Notes: a model not told the origin generated them from the sequence alone. A DNA stretch of 64,000 bases from Thermoleophilaceae bacterium (GCA_035630015.1 DASQLM010000413.1:47519-111518), one strand, 5' to 3'; counted from the stretch's first letter, positions 17,512-25,665 are shown. Program-made: numbers and translations.

Positions 17512-19875
17512 GTGCGGCTCAGGCGCGACAGATCGGGTCAACCCGAGCCCGAGCAGCCCACAGGCCGGCCGCCGGACGGGGACGACCAGGCGCCCGTCGA
17601 CGAGCCCGGCTCGGTCGACCTGATCGCCGGCCGGGACCCGGGCGACACCGTGAGCGTCGCCGAGCTCGAGGAACTGCAACAGGCCGAGCGCGAGGCGCGT
17701 GAGCTGCTCGAGCGGCGCCAGAACGAGATCCGCTCCGTCGAGCTGGCCCAGGCCCAGCGCCGGATCGAGGCCGCCGAGGCCGAGGTCGAGGCCGCCCGGG
17801 CCGAGGTCCAGACGGCGCGCTCGGAGGCCGAGGACTGGGTCGAGCAGGTACGCGAGGACTACGAGCGCCTGCAGCGGGAGCTTGAAGAGGAGCGGGCCCG
17901 GGCCGGCGAGCTCGAGCAGCAGCTGGCGGGCGAGTCCGAGGCCCTGGAGACCGAGCGCGCCGGGGGAGAGCAGACCCGGGGCGAGCTCGAGGACGTGCGC
18001 GGGCGGCTGGAGCGCCAGGAGGCCGAGGTCGAACGCCTGGAGGGCGAGCTGTCCGCGGAGCGCGAGCAGGCCCGCGAGCAGACTGAGAAGGCGGAGGCTG
18101 ACGCCCAGGAGGCGCGCGCACAGGCGGAGAACGATGTGTCCGAAGCGCGGTCCCAGGCCGAGGAGTGGGTCACGGAGGTCCGCGCCAGCTTCGACGAGCT
18201 GAAGGCCGAGCTGGACGCCGAGCGTGAGCGGGTCACGGACCTGGAGGCGCGGCTGGCCGCCGAGACCGAGGCGGCCGAGGCCGCCCGGGGCGAGGGCGAC
18301 CAGGCTCGCACCGAGCTGGAGCAGGCCCGGGCCGAGGCCCAGGAGCGCAGCGCCGAGGCCGAGCAGGCGCGGAGCCAGGCCGAGGCCGACCGGGCCAGGG
18401 CCCAGGACCTCGAGCAGCGGCTCGCGGCCGAGACCGAGGCGGCCGAGGCCGCCCGGGGCGAGGGCGCGGAGCTGCGCGACGAGCTCGAGCAGGAGCGCCA
18501 GGCCGGGCAGCGCCTGCATGGCGAGCTGCAGGAGGCCAAGGCGGCGGAGGAGGCGGCCCACAAGGAGGTCAAGCCCCGTGCCCAGCGCCGGATCACCGCG
18601 CTGGAGGAGGAGCTGGCAGCGGCCCAGGGTCAGACCGAGGAGCAGCGCGCCGCGCGCGAGCAGGCCGAACAGGCGGTGACCCGGACGGAGGCCGAGCGCG
18701 ACGAGGCCCTGGCGGGCCGGACGGAGGCGCAGGCCGAGACCGAGGAGGCCCGCCGCCAGGCCGAGGAGTGGGTCGAGTCGGTGCGCGAGAGCTACGACCA
18801 GCTCGGCCACGACCTGGAGAACGAGCAGGCGGCCCGGCAGGGCGCCGAGGAGACCGTCGCCCGCGTCGAGAGCGAGCGCGACGAGGCCCTGTCGCGGGTG
18901 GAGGCGGCCGAGCAGGAGCGCGAAGAGGCGCGCGCCCAGGCGCAGGAGATGGAGGCCGCGCTGCACGAGGAGCAGGCACGCGGGGGAGACGTGGACCAGC
19001 GCCTGGAGCAGGAGACCGCGGCGCTCGAGGCCGCCCGGGAAGAGCTGGCCCAGGCCCGCGAGGCCGCGGCCGCCCAGTCCGAGGCCCAGGAGCAGGCCGA
19101 CGCCCGGATCGCCGAGCTGGAGGGCGAGCTGGCCGCCGGCGAGCAGGCCCTGGCCGCCGAGCAGGAGGCCCGCGAACAGGATCGCGCGGAGGCCGACCGG
19201 CGCCGCGACGAATGGCGCGAGGTGGTGGCCGACGCCACCGCGCTGGCCGAGAACGAGAAGCACGAGCGCGAGCACATCGAGCAGCGCCTGCGGGCCATGG
19301 TCGAGCTGGAGGCCGATGCCCGCCGCTCACGCGAGCAGCGGATGAAGCAGCTCGACACCGCCATCCACGACGCCCAGCGCGACGCACGTGAGGCACGCGA
19401 GGAGCTGGAGAACGTGCGTGAGAGCCTGTCCCGGGGCGAGGGCCTGCCGGAGCCACGCGAGGCACGCCCGGACCCTGAGCAGGAGGAGGCGGAGCCCGAG
19501 GTCGAGCCCGACGACGACTACGAGCCCGAGCCGCTGGTCAGCACCAACGGCCATCACGAGGGCCCCGAGCACGACGAGGAGCCCGAGCCGATGCCGCGCC
19601 GGCCCGCCGGCGACCGGCCGCCCCGGATGGCGCCCACACCGCCGCCCGTCGAGCCACAGGGCATCCTGGGCCGCCGCCGCCGGCGCCGTTCGCGCGGCGC
19701 CGAGGCGTGCTCGGCCTGCGCCCGCCCACAGCCGGACGCGAAGCCCGCCGAGCTGGAGCGCTTGGGCTGGGTGGACAACGGCCAGGTCGGCCTGTGCCCC
19801 GAGTGCCAGGGCCAGGGCTGGCACCTGCTGGAGGGCTCGACCGAGCCCTACCGGCGCCTGTCGGACCGGCCCTAG
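17512..19875 (+). CDS. Giant cytoplasmic coiled-coil protein with a conserved C-terminal CxxC-25-CxxC motif (paralog 2). Function unknown.
   Basis: 787 aa with a GTG start 3 nt after the paralog-1 stop. It starts MRLRRDR and repeats AE[ED]WV-x-x-VR modules. The C-terminus reads CSACA ... GW ... LCPECQGQGWHLL ... YRRLSDRP. Confidence 0.75.
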   Translation: MRLRRDRSGQPEPEQPTGRPPDGDDQAPVDEPGSVDLIAGRDPGDTVSVAELEELQQAEREARELLERRQNEIRSVELAQAQRRIEAAEAEVEAARAEVQTARSEAEDWVEQVREDYERLQRELEEERARAGELEQQLAGESEALETERAGGEQTRGELEDVRGRLERQEAEVERLEGELSAEREQAREQTEKAEADAQEARAQAENDVSEARSQAEEWVTEVRASFDELKAELDAERERVTDLEARLAAETEAAEAARGEGDQARTELEQARAEAQERSAEAEQARSQAEADRARAQDLEQRLAAETEAAEAARGEGAELRDELEQERQAGQRLHGELQEAKAAEEAAHKEVKPRAQRRITALEEELAAAQGQTEEQRAAREQAEQAVTRTEAERDEALAGRTEAQAETEEARRQAEEWVESVRESYDQLGHDLENEQAARQGAEETVARVESERDEALSRVEAAEQEREEARAQAQEMEAALHEEQARGGDVDQRLEQETAALEAAREELAQAREAAAAQSEAQEQADARIAELEGELAAGEQALAAEQEAREQDRAEADRRRDEWREVVADATALAENEKHEREHIEQRLRAMVELEADARRSREQRMKQLDTAIHDAQRDAREAREELENVRESLSRGEGLPEPREARPDPEQEEAEPEVEPDDDYEPEPLVSTNGHHEGPEHDEEPEPMPRRPAGDRPPRMAPTPPPVEPQGILGRRRRRRSRGAEACSACARPQPDAKPAELERLGWVDNGQVGLCPECQGQGWHLLEGSTEPYRRLSDRP
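18259..18298 (+). repeat. 40-nt perfect direct repeat, copy 1, inside coiled-coil gene 2
   Basis: gccgagaccgaggcggccgaggccgcccggggcgagggcg, encoding AETEAAEAARGEG. An identical copy lies 168 bp downstream. Confidence 0.9.
18427..18466 (+). repeat. 40-nt perfect direct repeat, copy 2, inside coiled-coil gene 2
   Basis: Identical 40-mer to 18259-18298. The offset of 168 bp equals 56 codons, so the repeat is in frame. Confidence 0.9.
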
Positions 19876-20064
19876 CGCCTTCTTGACGGTTCCCCGTGGC
19901 GCGCGGCGAAAGGCCGTGCCACAATGCCCGCTCGGGAGCAAGGCAGGGGCACGTAGCGCCGAGGGAGTCCTCGCGGATCGAGTTCCCCGTGCCTGGGCAG
20001 GGATGTCGAGCGAAGGCGGGGATCGCGCGTGCTGGAAGACGGGCAGGGATTGCTGGGGCCCCCT

Positions 20065-21288
20065 ATGGCAGTGGGTGTCTCCGCGAAGCCACAGAAGGTG
20101 GCCGTGGTGGTGGGCGCACGGCCCAACTTCATGAAGATGGGCCCGGTGATGGCGGCCCTCAAGCAGCACCCGGACAGCTTCGATCCGCTGCTCGTCCATA
20201 CCGGCCAGCACTACGACGCCACGATGTCGAAGGTCTTCCTCGAGGAGCTGGGAATCGGCGATCCCGACTACTCCCTCGGGGCCGGGCAGGGCGGGGACGG
20301 CAACCAGACGGTTCGGATCATGGAACGGCTGCGCCCCGTGTTCGAGCGCGAGCGCCCCGACCTGATCCTGGTGCCCGGCGACGTGACGTCCACGCTGGCC
20401 GCCGCTCTGGTGGCGGTCGACATGGGCATCACCCTGGGGCACGTCGAGGCGGGCCTGCGCAGCTTCGACGACGGCATGCCCGAGGAGTGGAACCGCGTGC
20501 TCACCGACAGTGCCTCCGACCTGCTGTTCACACACTCGCCCGAGGCCCGCGAGTACCTGCTGAGCGAAGGCTGTCCCGAACGGTCGATCCACTACGTCGG
20601 CAACACCATGATCGACACGCTCGTGGCGCTGAGGCACCGGGTCCAGGACCAGCAGAGCGCGTTGCAGCACGGGATGACGGCAGGCGAGTACCTGCTGGTG
20701 ACCCTGCACCGGCCCGCGCTGGTGGATGGCCCGTTGCTGGAGCCCGTGATGGAGGAGCTCGTCCGGCTCTCGGCGGAGATCCCGGTGCTGTTCCCCGTGC
20801 ACCCGCGGACCCGGAAGGCCATCCAGCGGATGGACTGCGTGGCCGGCGCCGCCGGTTTGCGGCTGGTCGAGCCGCAGGGCTATCTCTCGTTCCTGAGCCT
20901 GCTGGAGGACGCCCAGGGTGTGCTCACCGACTCCGGGGGGATCCAGGAGGAGGCCACCTACCTCGGCGTGCCCTGCCTGACGCTGCGTGAGAACACCGAG
21001 CGCCCGGCAACGGTGACCACCGGCACGAACATGCTCCTGGGGCTGCGTCCGCACATGGTCGCCGAGGTGCCCGCGCTGCTGGAGGAGATCCGTGCCAAGC
21101 CGAGCCGGGTACCGCCGCTGTGGGACGGCCGTGCGGCGGAGCGGATCGTGAACGTGCTGGCCGCCCAGCCGCTGCACGCCGGCGCCACGGCGGCAGCCCC
21201 CGCGGCGCACCGCCAGGGCCACGCGGCCAACGAGCTGGTCCGGGCGACGCCCACGCCCACGCCGCCGCTGGCCGCCGAAGGCGTCTAG
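20065..21288 (+). CDS. wecB: UDP-N-acetylglucosamine 2-epimerase (non-hydrolysing WecB/MnaA type) with a ~40-aa Ala/Pro-rich C-terminal tail
   Basis: ORF 20029..21288, with the ATG at 20065 preferred (MAVGVSAKPQKVAVVVGARPNFMKM). Contains HTGQHYD, LVPGDVTST, HVEAGLRS and TDSGGIQEEA. Confidence 0.88.
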   Translation: MAVGVSAKPQKVAVVVGARPNFMKMGPVMAALKQHPDSFDPLLVHTGQHYDATMSKVFLEELGIGDPDYSLGAGQGGDGNQTVRIMERLRPVFERERPDLILVPGDVTSTLAAALVAVDMGITLGHVEAGLRSFDDGMPEEWNRVLTDSASDLLFTHSPEAREYLLSEGCPERSIHYVGNTMIDTLVALRHRVQDQQSALQHGMTAGEYLLVTLHRPALVDGPLLEPVMEELVRLSAEIPVLFPVHPRTRKAIQRMDCVAGAAGLRLVEPQGYLSFLSLLEDAQGVLTDSGGIQEEATYLGVPCLTLRENTERPATVTTGTNMLLGLRPHMVAEVPALLEEIRAKPSRVPPLWDGRAAERIVNVLAAQPLHAGATAAAPAAHRQGHAANELVRATPTPTPPLAAEGV

Positions 21289-21373
21289 CGGTAGCTTCCC
21301 CCTGGTGCCCGGCGGCCGAAATCTCACGGCGCGCGCGCTTGCCCACAACGCCGTGATCCGCCGGTCGGCCGGC

Positions 21374-22030
21374 ATGGCCCACCGTGGAGGCGCGGTGGAG
21401 TGCCCGGCCTGTGGCCACGGCTACCGGAGCTTCTTCTCGGCGCTGAACGACCAGTGCTGGTGGTGCGGGTCGCTGCCGCGCCACCGCCAGATCGCGCTGC
21501 TGATGAGCGCACGGCCCGAGCTGACCTCACCCGGGATGAGCATCCTGCACATCGCGGCGGAGGCATCGGTGCGCCCGCTGCTGCCTGCCGATGCCGACTA
21601 CGTGGCCGGTGACCTCGATCCCCGGGGCGAGATGGTTGCGCTGGACGTCACGGACCTGCCGTTCGAGGCCGAGCGCTTCGACGCGGTGATCTGCAACCAC
21701 GTGCTCGAGCACGTGCCCGACGACCGGGCCGCGATCTCCGAGCTGCACCGGGTCCTCCGGCGCGGCGGCTGGGGCATCCTCATGACCCCGATCCTCCGCG
21801 AGGTCACCGATGAGGACCCCACGGTCACCGACCCGGGCGAACGCGCCCGCCGCTGGGGCCAGTCCGACCACGTTCGCCGGTACGGGTGGGACTACGTGGA
21901 TCGCCTCCGCGCCGCCGGCTTCGAGGTCGAGGTCCTGAGCGACTACCCGCCCGACCTGGTGCGGCGACACGTGCTCACGAACAACCAGGGGTTCGTCGAG
22001 CCACTGTTCCTGGTCCGGCGCCCGGACTGA
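21374..22030 (+). CDS. Class I SAM methyltransferase (Methyltransf_11-like) with an N-terminal CxxC...CxxC zinc-ribbon
   Basis: CPACGHGYRSFFSALNDQCWWCGSLPRHR, then ILHIAAE ... DVTDLPFEAERFDAVICNHVLEHVPDD ... LRRGGWGILMTP. Start is the ATG at 21374 or the GTG at 21305. Paralog of 32438..33136. Confidence 0.75.
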   Translation: MAHRGGAVECPACGHGYRSFFSALNDQCWWCGSLPRHRQIALLMSARPELTSPGMSILHIAAEASVRPLLPADADYVAGDLDPRGEMVALDVTDLPFEAERFDAVICNHVLEHVPDDRAAISELHRVLRRGGWGILMTPILREVTDEDPTVTDPGERARRWGQSDHVRRYGWDYVDRLRAAGFEVEVLSDYPPDLVRRHVLTNNQGFVEPLFLVRRPD

Positions 22031-22036
22031 GCGGGG

Positions 22037-24187
22037 TCAGGAAGCGCCGGACAGGTCGATGGCCGCGCCCGTCTCGGCCGAACGCAGCGCCGCCAGCGTC
22101 ACGGCCATCGAATCCAGCGGGTCGGGTCCCACGGCAGCCCCGCCCCTGACGGCCACCTCGTGCAGGTGCTCGAACTGGGCCCGGTGGCCCTTGTCGCGTG
22201 GCGCCGGCACGGGTGTGCGGCGGCGGCCGGGGGAGGGGATCAGCGTCTTGAAGTCGTCGATGGCGCCCGAGCGGCCGTCGCAGTGGGCCTCCACGTACTC
22301 CTTCTGCAGCGGCCGGCCGCCGTCGGCCGCGTAGAACACCGTGGCCAGCCCGCCGCCGGGGAAGTCCAGCGACACGGAGAAGGACTGGCCGGCCGCCAGC
22401 GGCTCGCCGGGCGCGGCGCGCATCGTCGTGTTCACGCGCCGCGGCAGCTCGCCCGCGAACCAGCAGGCGAAGTCGATGAAGTGGCAGCCCTCGCCCAGCA
22501 GGCGCCCGCCGCCGTCGTCGGGGTCGTTCAGCCAGTGGTCGGCGGGCAGCGTGCCCGCGTTCACGCGGAACAGCAGCTCGAACGGCCGGCCCGGCCGGTG
22601 GACCTGCCGGCGCAGCTCCAGGGCGAGCGGGGCGTGGCGGCGGTTGAAGCCGGCCAGCAGAGGGAGGCCCGACGAGGCCACGGCCGCGCGCAGCGCCTCC
22701 AGCTCCGCCGCGTTCAGGCACGGGGGCTTCTCGACGAAGACCGCCTTGCCGGCCTCGAGCGCGCGCACCGCCAGGTCGGCGTGGGTCGCGTGGCGGCTCG
22801 CGATGGCCACGACGTCCACGTCGCCCGCCGTCAGGAGCTCGTCCACGCCGGCCACTCGATCGAACCCGAACTGCTGCGCGGCGCCGTGGGCCGAGCGCCC
22901 CGTGGCGCTGGCCACCGCGGTCAGCGCGAAGCCGGCCGCGTCCAGGCCCGGGATCATCGTGCCCTGCGCGAAGCTGCCGGCGCCGATGACCCCGACGCGG
23001 CTGCCGGTCGCGCGGTGGGCGCCCGCACGCGCTCGGCCGGCCGCCAGGGGAGCTGCATCGTCCAGCGGCGTGCTCTCGTAGGTCACGACGATGCCCAGCG
23101 GTGACTGCTCGTCGCCGGCGAGCCGCTCGTAGGCCTGGTCGGCATCGTCGATCGGAACCCGATCGGTGATCAGCGAGCCGACCTGGATGCGCTTCGTGGC
23201 GACCAGGGCGAGGAAGGCCGCGATGTTGCGCCGCTCGGTCCAGCGCACGTAGCCGATCGGGTAGTCCAGGCCTCGCTCCTCGTACTCCTTGTCGTAGCGG
23301 CCGGGCCCGTAGGAGCGGGACAGGCGAAGGTCCAGCTCCTTGCCGTAGTAACTCGCCCGCTGGAGCTCCAGCCCGACGTCACCGACCACCACCACCCGGC
23401 CGCGATCGCGGCACAGGCGGGCGGCCAGCTCGACCGGGTCGGAGGAGGGAGTGGCAGCCGTGATCACCACGGCGTCGCATCCGGCGGCCGCGGCCGGCGG
23501 GTCGCCCTCACCCAACTGCTCGCGCGTGAACGCGTGGTCGGCGGCGCCGTCCGCCAGGGACCGGGCCACCAGCTCCCGGTCGAGGTCGATGCCCACCACC
23601 GAGCATCCCGCGGCCCGGAGCAGCTGGCCGCTGAGCTGGCCGACCAGCCCGAGCCCGATGACCGCCACCCGCTCGCCGAGACGGGAGTCGGCCTGGCGCA
23701 CGCCGTGCAGCGCGATGCTGCCCACGGTGCCGAAGGCTCCGTGCTCGAACTCCAGGCCGTCGGGCAGGGGGGCGCACAGGTTGGAGGGCACATGCACGAT
23801 CTCGGCGTGCACCGCGTAGTCGGCGCCCGCGCAGGCCACGCGATCGCCGGGCACCAGGTCACGCACGCGGTCACCCACCGCCAGGACCACCCCCGCGCAC
23901 GAGTAGCCCATGGCCGACGGCTGCTCGAGCCGGGTCCGCACCGCCCGGACGGTGTCGGCCAGGCCGTCCCGGCGGGCCTTGTCCACGACCTGGCGCACCT
24001 GGTCGGGGCGCGAGCGCGCCTTGCCGATCAGGCTCTGGCGCCCGGTCTGGACCTTCGTGCGCTCCGTTCCCGCGCTGAGCAGGCTGGCGCGGACGTCGAC
24101 CAGCACGCCGTCCGGCGTCAGGGCCGGGGCGGGTATCTCGATCACGTCGATCCGGCCATCACGGAGCCGCTGGGTTATCTGCTTCAC
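22037..24187 (-). CDS. Bi-domain oxidoreductase: N-terminal medium-chain (zinc-type) alcohol dehydrogenase-like domain fused to a C-terminal Gfo/Idh/MocA domain
   Basis: 716 aa. The N-terminal half has GYSCAGVV, VAVIGLGLVGQL (Rossmann) and VVITAATPS. The C-terminal half has VGVIGAGSFAQG, AIASRHATH and VFVEKPP (EKP motif). GTG start. Confidence 0.85.
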   Translation of the reverse strand: MKQITQRLRDGRIDVIEIPAPALTPDGVLVDVRASLLSAGTERTKVQTGRQSLIGKARSRPDQVRQVVDKARRDGLADTVRAVRTRLEQPSAMGYSCAGVVLAVGDRVRDLVPGDRVACAGADYAVHAEIVHVPSNLCAPLPDGLEFEHGAFGTVGSIALHGVRQADSRLGERVAVIGLGLVGQLSGQLLRAAGCSVVGIDLDRELVARSLADGAADHAFTREQLGEGDPPAAAAGCDAVVITAATPSSDPVELAARLCRDRGRVVVVGDVGLELQRASYYGKELDLRLSRSYGPGRYDKEYEERGLDYPIGYVRWTERRNIAAFLALVATKRIQVGSLITDRVPIDDADQAYERLAGDEQSPLGIVVTYESTPLDDAAPLAAGRARAGAHRATGSRVGVIGAGSFAQGTMIPGLDAAGFALTAVASATGRSAHGAAQQFGFDRVAGVDELLTAGDVDVVAIASRHATHADLAVRALEAGKAVFVEKPPCLNAAELEALRAAVASSGLPLLAGFNRRHAPLALELRRQVHRPGRPFELLFRVNAGTLPADHWLNDPDDGGGRLLGEGCHFIDFACWFAGELPRRVNTTMRAAPGEPLAAGQSFSVSLDFPGGGLATVFYAADGGRPLQKEYVEAHCDGRSGAIDDFKTLIPSPGRRRTPVPAPRDKGHRAQFEHLHEVAVRGGAAVGPDPLDSMAVTLAALRSAETGAAIDLSGAS

Positions 24188-24197
24188 GAGTAGGTCC

Positions 24198-25253
24198 TCA
24201 CTGGGCCTCGGGCCCGCCCGCGCACGGTCCTCGCGTGCACAGCGTCATTCGCAGGAGTTGCAGATGCTGCCATGGGAACCCGGCCAGGGCGTCGGCCGGG
24301 GTGCCGGAAAAGTACCCGTCGCCGCCCCGGTAGGGATCGCGGCCCGTGCGGGTCGGGTCCTCACCGAAGAACGCCGTGGCCTTGTGGGTGCGATCGCGGA
24401 CGACGATGCCGTAGCGCTGGGCGGCCCGGGCCATGATGCGGCCCAGGCGGGTCAGGCGCAGGGACTCGACATCCAGCGCCGGGTCCAGCCGCAGCCGGGC
24501 GCCCTCGGGAAGCGTGGCGAGCCCGCCCGTCCCGTCGCTGCGCTGGGCGGGCCAGGAGAACGTCCCCGCGCGGGCGTCGGGGACGTTCAGGGCCAGCGCG
24601 TGGTCGATCCGGCCACGGCGCAGCTCGGCAAGGGTCATCACCCCGCCCACCACGGAGATGCTCGAGGCCGTGGAGCCCCAGTTGTGGCGGCTTCCCGCAT
24701 AGTGGCCGGGGCTCCTGGAGACGCCGCGCAGCACGCCGCCCCAGCGGGCCTCCCATCCGCCGGCGCCGCGGCGGGCCCGCCACAGCTCCCAGAGGGTGTC
24801 CGTGGCGGGCTGGTGGACGGTCAGGTGCCCGTCGCTGCCCGCGGCGGGGCGCGCGCCCGGAGGGATTGGCACCCCGCGCGCCAGCTCGGCAGCCAGCTCC
24901 CGGCCCCACGGGCCCGTTCGCAGGGCCACGGGCACGAGCGGTTGGCGCCGGGGCACGCGGTAGATCGGCGTGCTCGAGTGGTCGGTCTGGATCCAGGGGC
25001 CGGTCCCCTCATCCTGCTCGCGCCGGATCTGGGTCCGGAACGCGTCCATCAGCGGGCCCGAGGCCGTATCGAGCGGCGCGTCACGGGCCAGGCGCCGGTT
25101 CAGGAAGCTGGAGGGGGCGAACAGCGCGGGCCGGGCGTAGGCCGGCTCCGGAGCATCGTCCTCCTGGTCCTCCGGCGCCCCGAGCCAGAGCAGGGTGACC
25201 ACGGCCGCCGCGGCGACGACCACCACCGCGACCGCCGCCCGCTTCGCGCTCAT
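24198..25253 (-). CDS. Secreted or membrane-anchored protein of unknown family, paralog A of three
   Basis: ORF 24198..25415, started at the ATG at 25253 (MSAKRAAVAVVVVAAAAVVTLLWLG, a signal/anchor segment). Motifs shared with paralogs B and C are STPIYRV, GVPIP, GSDGHLTV-QPATDTLWE-W, WGG, WGSTASS, ELRRGRIDHALA, SWPAQR-DGT, ARLRLDP, AAQR-G-VVRDRT and FPW--LQLL ... LC ... PC. Confidence 0.7.
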   Translation of the reverse strand: MSAKRAAVAVVVVAAAAVVTLLWLGAPEDQEDDAPEPAYARPALFAPSSFLNRRLARDAPLDTASGPLMDAFRTQIRREQDEGTGPWIQTDHSSTPIYRVPRRQPLVPVALRTGPWGRELAAELARGVPIPPGARPAAGSDGHLTVHQPATDTLWELWRARRGAGGWEARWGGVLRGVSRSPGHYAGSRHNWGSTASSISVVGGVMTLAELRRGRIDHALALNVPDARAGTFSWPAQRSDGTGGLATLPEGARLRLDPALDVESLRLTRLGRIMARAAQRYGIVVRDRTHKATAFFGEDPTRTGRDPYRGGDGYFSGTPADALAGFPWQHLQLLRMTLCTRGPCAGGPEAQ

Positions 25254-25275
25254 TGCGGGGTCGCGGCCGGAATCC

Positions 25276-25289
25276 GATGCATATGCATC
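25276..25289. promoter_or_regulatory. Perfect 14-bp palindrome GATGCATATGCATC (candidate operator)
   Basis: Self-complementary over all 14 positions and AT-richer than its surroundings. It lies 23 bp upstream of the paralog-A start, inside the longest non-coding gap of the window. Confidence 0.35.
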
Positions 25290-25316
25290 CGGTCCGCCAG
25301 GTATGAACTGGACACG

Positions 25317-25523
25317 ATGCGCGTCGGGATCGAGGTCTTCGCGCTGCTGGGGCTCGCGTGGCTCATGGTCGATCTCGTCCTGGTCGGGGCGGCTCTGCTC
25401 GGGGCTCGGGCGCATGACCGGCGCACAGCGCGGCAGGTCGATCCGCCGCCGTTCGTCGCATCGATCGCCACGCTACGGGCTGCCGGCGCGCACCGTCGCA
25501 GTTGGCGGAACCGGCGCATGTAG
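25317..25523 (+). CDS. Possible 68-aa single-pass membrane peptide (speculative)
   Basis: An in-frame ATG within the tail of ORF 23910..25523 gives MRVGIEVFALLGLAWLMVDLVLVGAALLGARAHDRRTARQ..., one hydrophobic helix followed by a basic tail. There is no homology evidence, and it could be a GC-driven chance ORF. Confidence 0.2.
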   Translation: MRVGIEVFALLGLAWLMVDLVLVGAALLGARAHDRRTARQVDPPPFVASIATLRAAGAHRRSWRNRRM

Positions 25524-25665
25524 CGCTCCGGCATGGCAGACTGCGCTGGCGAATTCCCGTACCTCGCCGTACGGTGTTCGGTGGCAGGAGTGATCAACCA
25601 GGGGGCGACGGCCGGGAACCGCCGCCCCGGATGACGGTCCAGAGGTCTGCCACAGGGACAAAGGA

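Noticed and set aside
18200-19300. Repetitive DNA in the coiled-coil gene considered as a possible CRISPR array or tandem-repeat locus
   Set aside because: The repeats are in frame, of irregular spacing apart from one 168-bp duplication, and encode a continuous protein. There is no repeat-spacer organisation and no cas genes are present.
14766-19465. Many long ORFs in other frames and on the antisense strand of the coiled-coil genes. Examples are 14766-16517, 15673-16983, 16463-17386, 16608-17471, 17491-19275, 17859-18596, 18593-19465 and 18768-19391.
   Set aside because: Their translations are low-complexity Arg/Pro/Ala/Gly/Ser strings typical of out-of-frame reading of GC-rich, GAG/GCC/CGC-periodic DNA. 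The sense frames give coherent heptad-like proteins with conserved termini shared by two paralogs.
19327-21375. 682-aa minus-strand ORF covering the wecB region
   Set aside because: It is antisense to a gene with unmistakable UDP-GlcNAc 2-epimerase motifs. Its own translation has no recognisable motifs and an Arg/Gly/Pro-biased composition.
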